Below, in pieces: positions 60,869 through 64,000 of a stretch of DNA of 64,000 bases (position 1 is its first letter; every line of letters begins with the position of its first letter). Origin of the DNA: the human T2T-CHM13v2.0 reference genome, Homo sapiens. A program made the position numbers and the translations under genes. The notes beneath the pieces are model-generated. The model saw nothing but the letters and a program-made list of their open reading frames with translations, ran no database searches and was not told the DNA's origin. The DNA is taken from NCBI RefSeq assembly GCF_009914755.1, contig NC_060927.1, one strand, 5' to 3'.

Positions 60869-63003
60869 TGAGGACATGTAATAGAATTATAAGGCTACAT
60901 TAAGAACCTACTTAATGGCTCATGCCTGTAATCCGAGAATTTTGGGAGGCTAAGGCAGGAGGATCACTTCAGCCCAGGAGTTCAAGGCTGCAGTGAGCTA
61001 TGAGCCACTGTACTCTAACCTGGGCAACAGAACGAGATCCTGTCTCAAAACAAAAACAAAAACAAAACAAAAAAAAGAACCTACTTAAGGTTAGTGAAAT
61101 CAAGATTAGCCACTTTTCTTCTCCACTCTAATTTTTTTTTTTTTTTTTTTTTGGTAGCTCTTGGCCTGAATTTCAAGTTCAGCTCCACTTCTTACTTATC
61201 TTTTCCGTGCCCAAATTCCCTCTTCCATAAAAATGGGAGTAACAGTAGCACTTAATTCACAGGGTTGTAATGATTTAATGTACTGAATTTCATGTAGAAT
61301 ACCTGCAACAATGCTTGGTGTATAGTAAGCTTGAATAAATGTTAGATATTATAGTTGTCACCTCACAAATTACACATCTAAATTAAAATAATAATTGCTC
61401 ATATTACCTTCCATTTCCAGCCTTTTAAACCACTTAAATAGCTCACTAGAGGTTATAATCCATAGCTACTATGAAGCAAGCTCTCACCATGGCCAGGCAG
61501 CATATTATAGATTTAACCTTTATTATCCCAATGCCCTCAGTAACCCTATATGTATTATTCCATTTGTATAGTTATAACATATTCCATAACATTGTTATCC
61601 AGTACAAACTCACAGAATTAGCAAAATGCAGAATTAGAATTTAAGTCGAGTTTTTGTGTGGTGCAAAACTAATGCTCTTTGCCTTGGACTACATTGCCTA
61701 TTCATTGTCAGAAAACGGTACCCCAAAATTTGGTGCTTTGACATGCTGAACTAGAGAAGCAGCCGCAAGGTTTCTCTGATCTCCCCACCCCACCTCCTGC
61801 CTCTCAATCCTCTGCCTCCCCCAAAACACGGGATAAGACTGTTCTTTGAAGTTTCTTATCTACCTAGAAACCACACACATCAAAGAACACAATTGCTTTC
61901 TATCTGCTTCCTCTCTGAAATTTCATTAACCAGAAGAAATTAAAACATATCACAAAGCCAGATACAGTGGTGCACACATGTAGTCCCAGCTACCTGTGAG
62001 TCTCAGATGGGAGGATTCTTGAGGCCAGGAGTTTGAGGCTGTAGTGTGCTATCATCATGCCTGTGAATAGCCACCACACTCCAGCCTGGGCAACACAGTG
62101 CGACCTGGTCTCATAAAAAAACAAAACTCACATCATAGAGGAAGAGACTGAAAATTAACCACCACACTTAGAGCCCAAACTTTGCCTCAAACTACTGTTT
62201 TTTGTTTTTGAGACAGGGTCTCACTCTGTCACCCAGGTTGGAGTGCAGTGGCGAGATCTTGGCTCACTGCAACCTTGCCTCCGGGGCTCAAGTGATCCTT
62301 CTATCTCAGCCTCCCTAGTAGCTGGGATTATGGGAGTGAGTCACCACGACTGGCCTTCGAATTATTATTGGTTCTCTAGTTTCACTTGGTTTACAAAGAG
62401 AATAATTTACAAGTGAATTTCTGCATTAATCTCTCCTAAAATCATTTACTACTCCTCTAAAATTGCCTGTAGCCCCCCCACCTCTCTCTCCCCTATGAAA
62501 AGTATTAAACTTCAACCATCTGACCCTTTTTTTAGTTTTCTTATTTTGTTGTATCATTCCCATGCTTATGCACATTAATTTTCTCTTGTTAACCTGTCTT
62601 TTATTAACAAGCATGTTGTCATGACTCTTTTGATGGGGAGGAAAGTGATCACCCCCTTTCCACCCCTTCATACTACACTACCTTTCCATTTCCTAACCCG
62701 TTTGTAGGAGGTTACTGAAGCTTGCATTAATTTCTTCAATAGATATTTATCCAGACTAGTATAATCCAGGTGCTGGGGAAACAGTGGTGAACAAGACAGG
62801 CACACCTCATGAAACTCACAGAACTGAAAGGTGAATGGATTACTATCTTCATCCTTTTTTTGTTTCGTTTTTTTCCTTTCATACCTAGTCCTGCACATGC
62901 ATCCTTAACTTCTGCAGTGTGGTATATGGGAACTGGATCCGCTCCTAAATAGGTATGTGACTTCTCTGAGCTTTATCTTCTTCACTTAAAAATTACAAGC
63001 ATC

Positions 63004-63327
<324 letters not shown>

Positions 63328-63725
63328 TCAAATAAAAATCTTCGTGTATATCTCCATTTTTAAAATGATAGAAACGAGAGTCTCAATGATTACCTTGAAA
63401 AGATCACAAGGAAAATGAAACAAACATGAATTAAGTACCTGTAAGATAGTTTGCTGGTTACTTTTACATATATGATAAATGATGGATCAGGGACTTCAAC
63501 CTAGATCACAAAATCACCACCACACTGCCCTGCTTCTGTCATGGGAAACACACTTTGATAATTTCTTCATTCTTTCTCCACTCCCTGGACTTGAAGCCCG
63601 AGAAGTAATCCATCCGCAAATATTGAACACTTTTTATATTCATATATGAAACGCACAGTACACAGTTTTTAAAAACTGGTCTCTGTTGTCAAGGAACTTT
63701 TGAGCCATTCAGAGAGACAACACTT

Positions 63726-63751
<26 letters not shown>
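63726..63751. repeat. (AC)n microsatellite
   Basis: About 13 AC units. Confidence 0.9.
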
Positions 63752-63756
<5 letters not shown>

Positions 63757-64000
63757 GAGGGAAGTATGAAGTGACCAAATAATGGTATACAAAGATGATC
63801 TCATTTGATCCCTATTACCACTCTTTGAGGAGGTACTATTATTATTGCTCTTTTATAGAGAAAAAAAGGTAGCTCTGTAGGCAGTAAGCAAGTCTCAAGG
63901 TTACTCAAGCAGGAAAGGGCAAAACAGATTCAAATCCAAGTTCTGACTCCTAAGACTTTCTCTAACTATATATGGTAAGACAAACCCAGAAACTCCAGTT

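Overview
Primate (human-type) genomic DNA, mostly transposable elements, that I recognise from two ORFs as the ARB2BP(FAM172BP)-TRMT10C interval (3q12.3 from recall). Genes: an intact, intronless 362-codon ARB2BP/FAM172B ORF (6156-7244) and TRMT10C (CpG promoter and non-coding exon 1 ending at 52299; whole 403-aa CDS in exon 2, 55077-56288). The main signal is a full-length L1HS Ta-1d element (45040-51093) with both ORFs intact and a perfect 14-bp TSD, about 1 kb upstream of and co-directional with the TRMT10C promoter. Also present: an old SVA inside a TSD-bounded, separately polyadenylated Alu-containing insert (possible 5'+3' transduction) at the centre of a seven-level TE nest, a degenerate ERV1 provirus fused to a 3'-truncated L1PA, complete MST and THE1 MaLR elements, many solo LTRs, a young AluYb8 and several template-switch scars. 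Repeat subfamily names come from recalled consensus sequences, not a search; ordinary Alus are listed only selectively.
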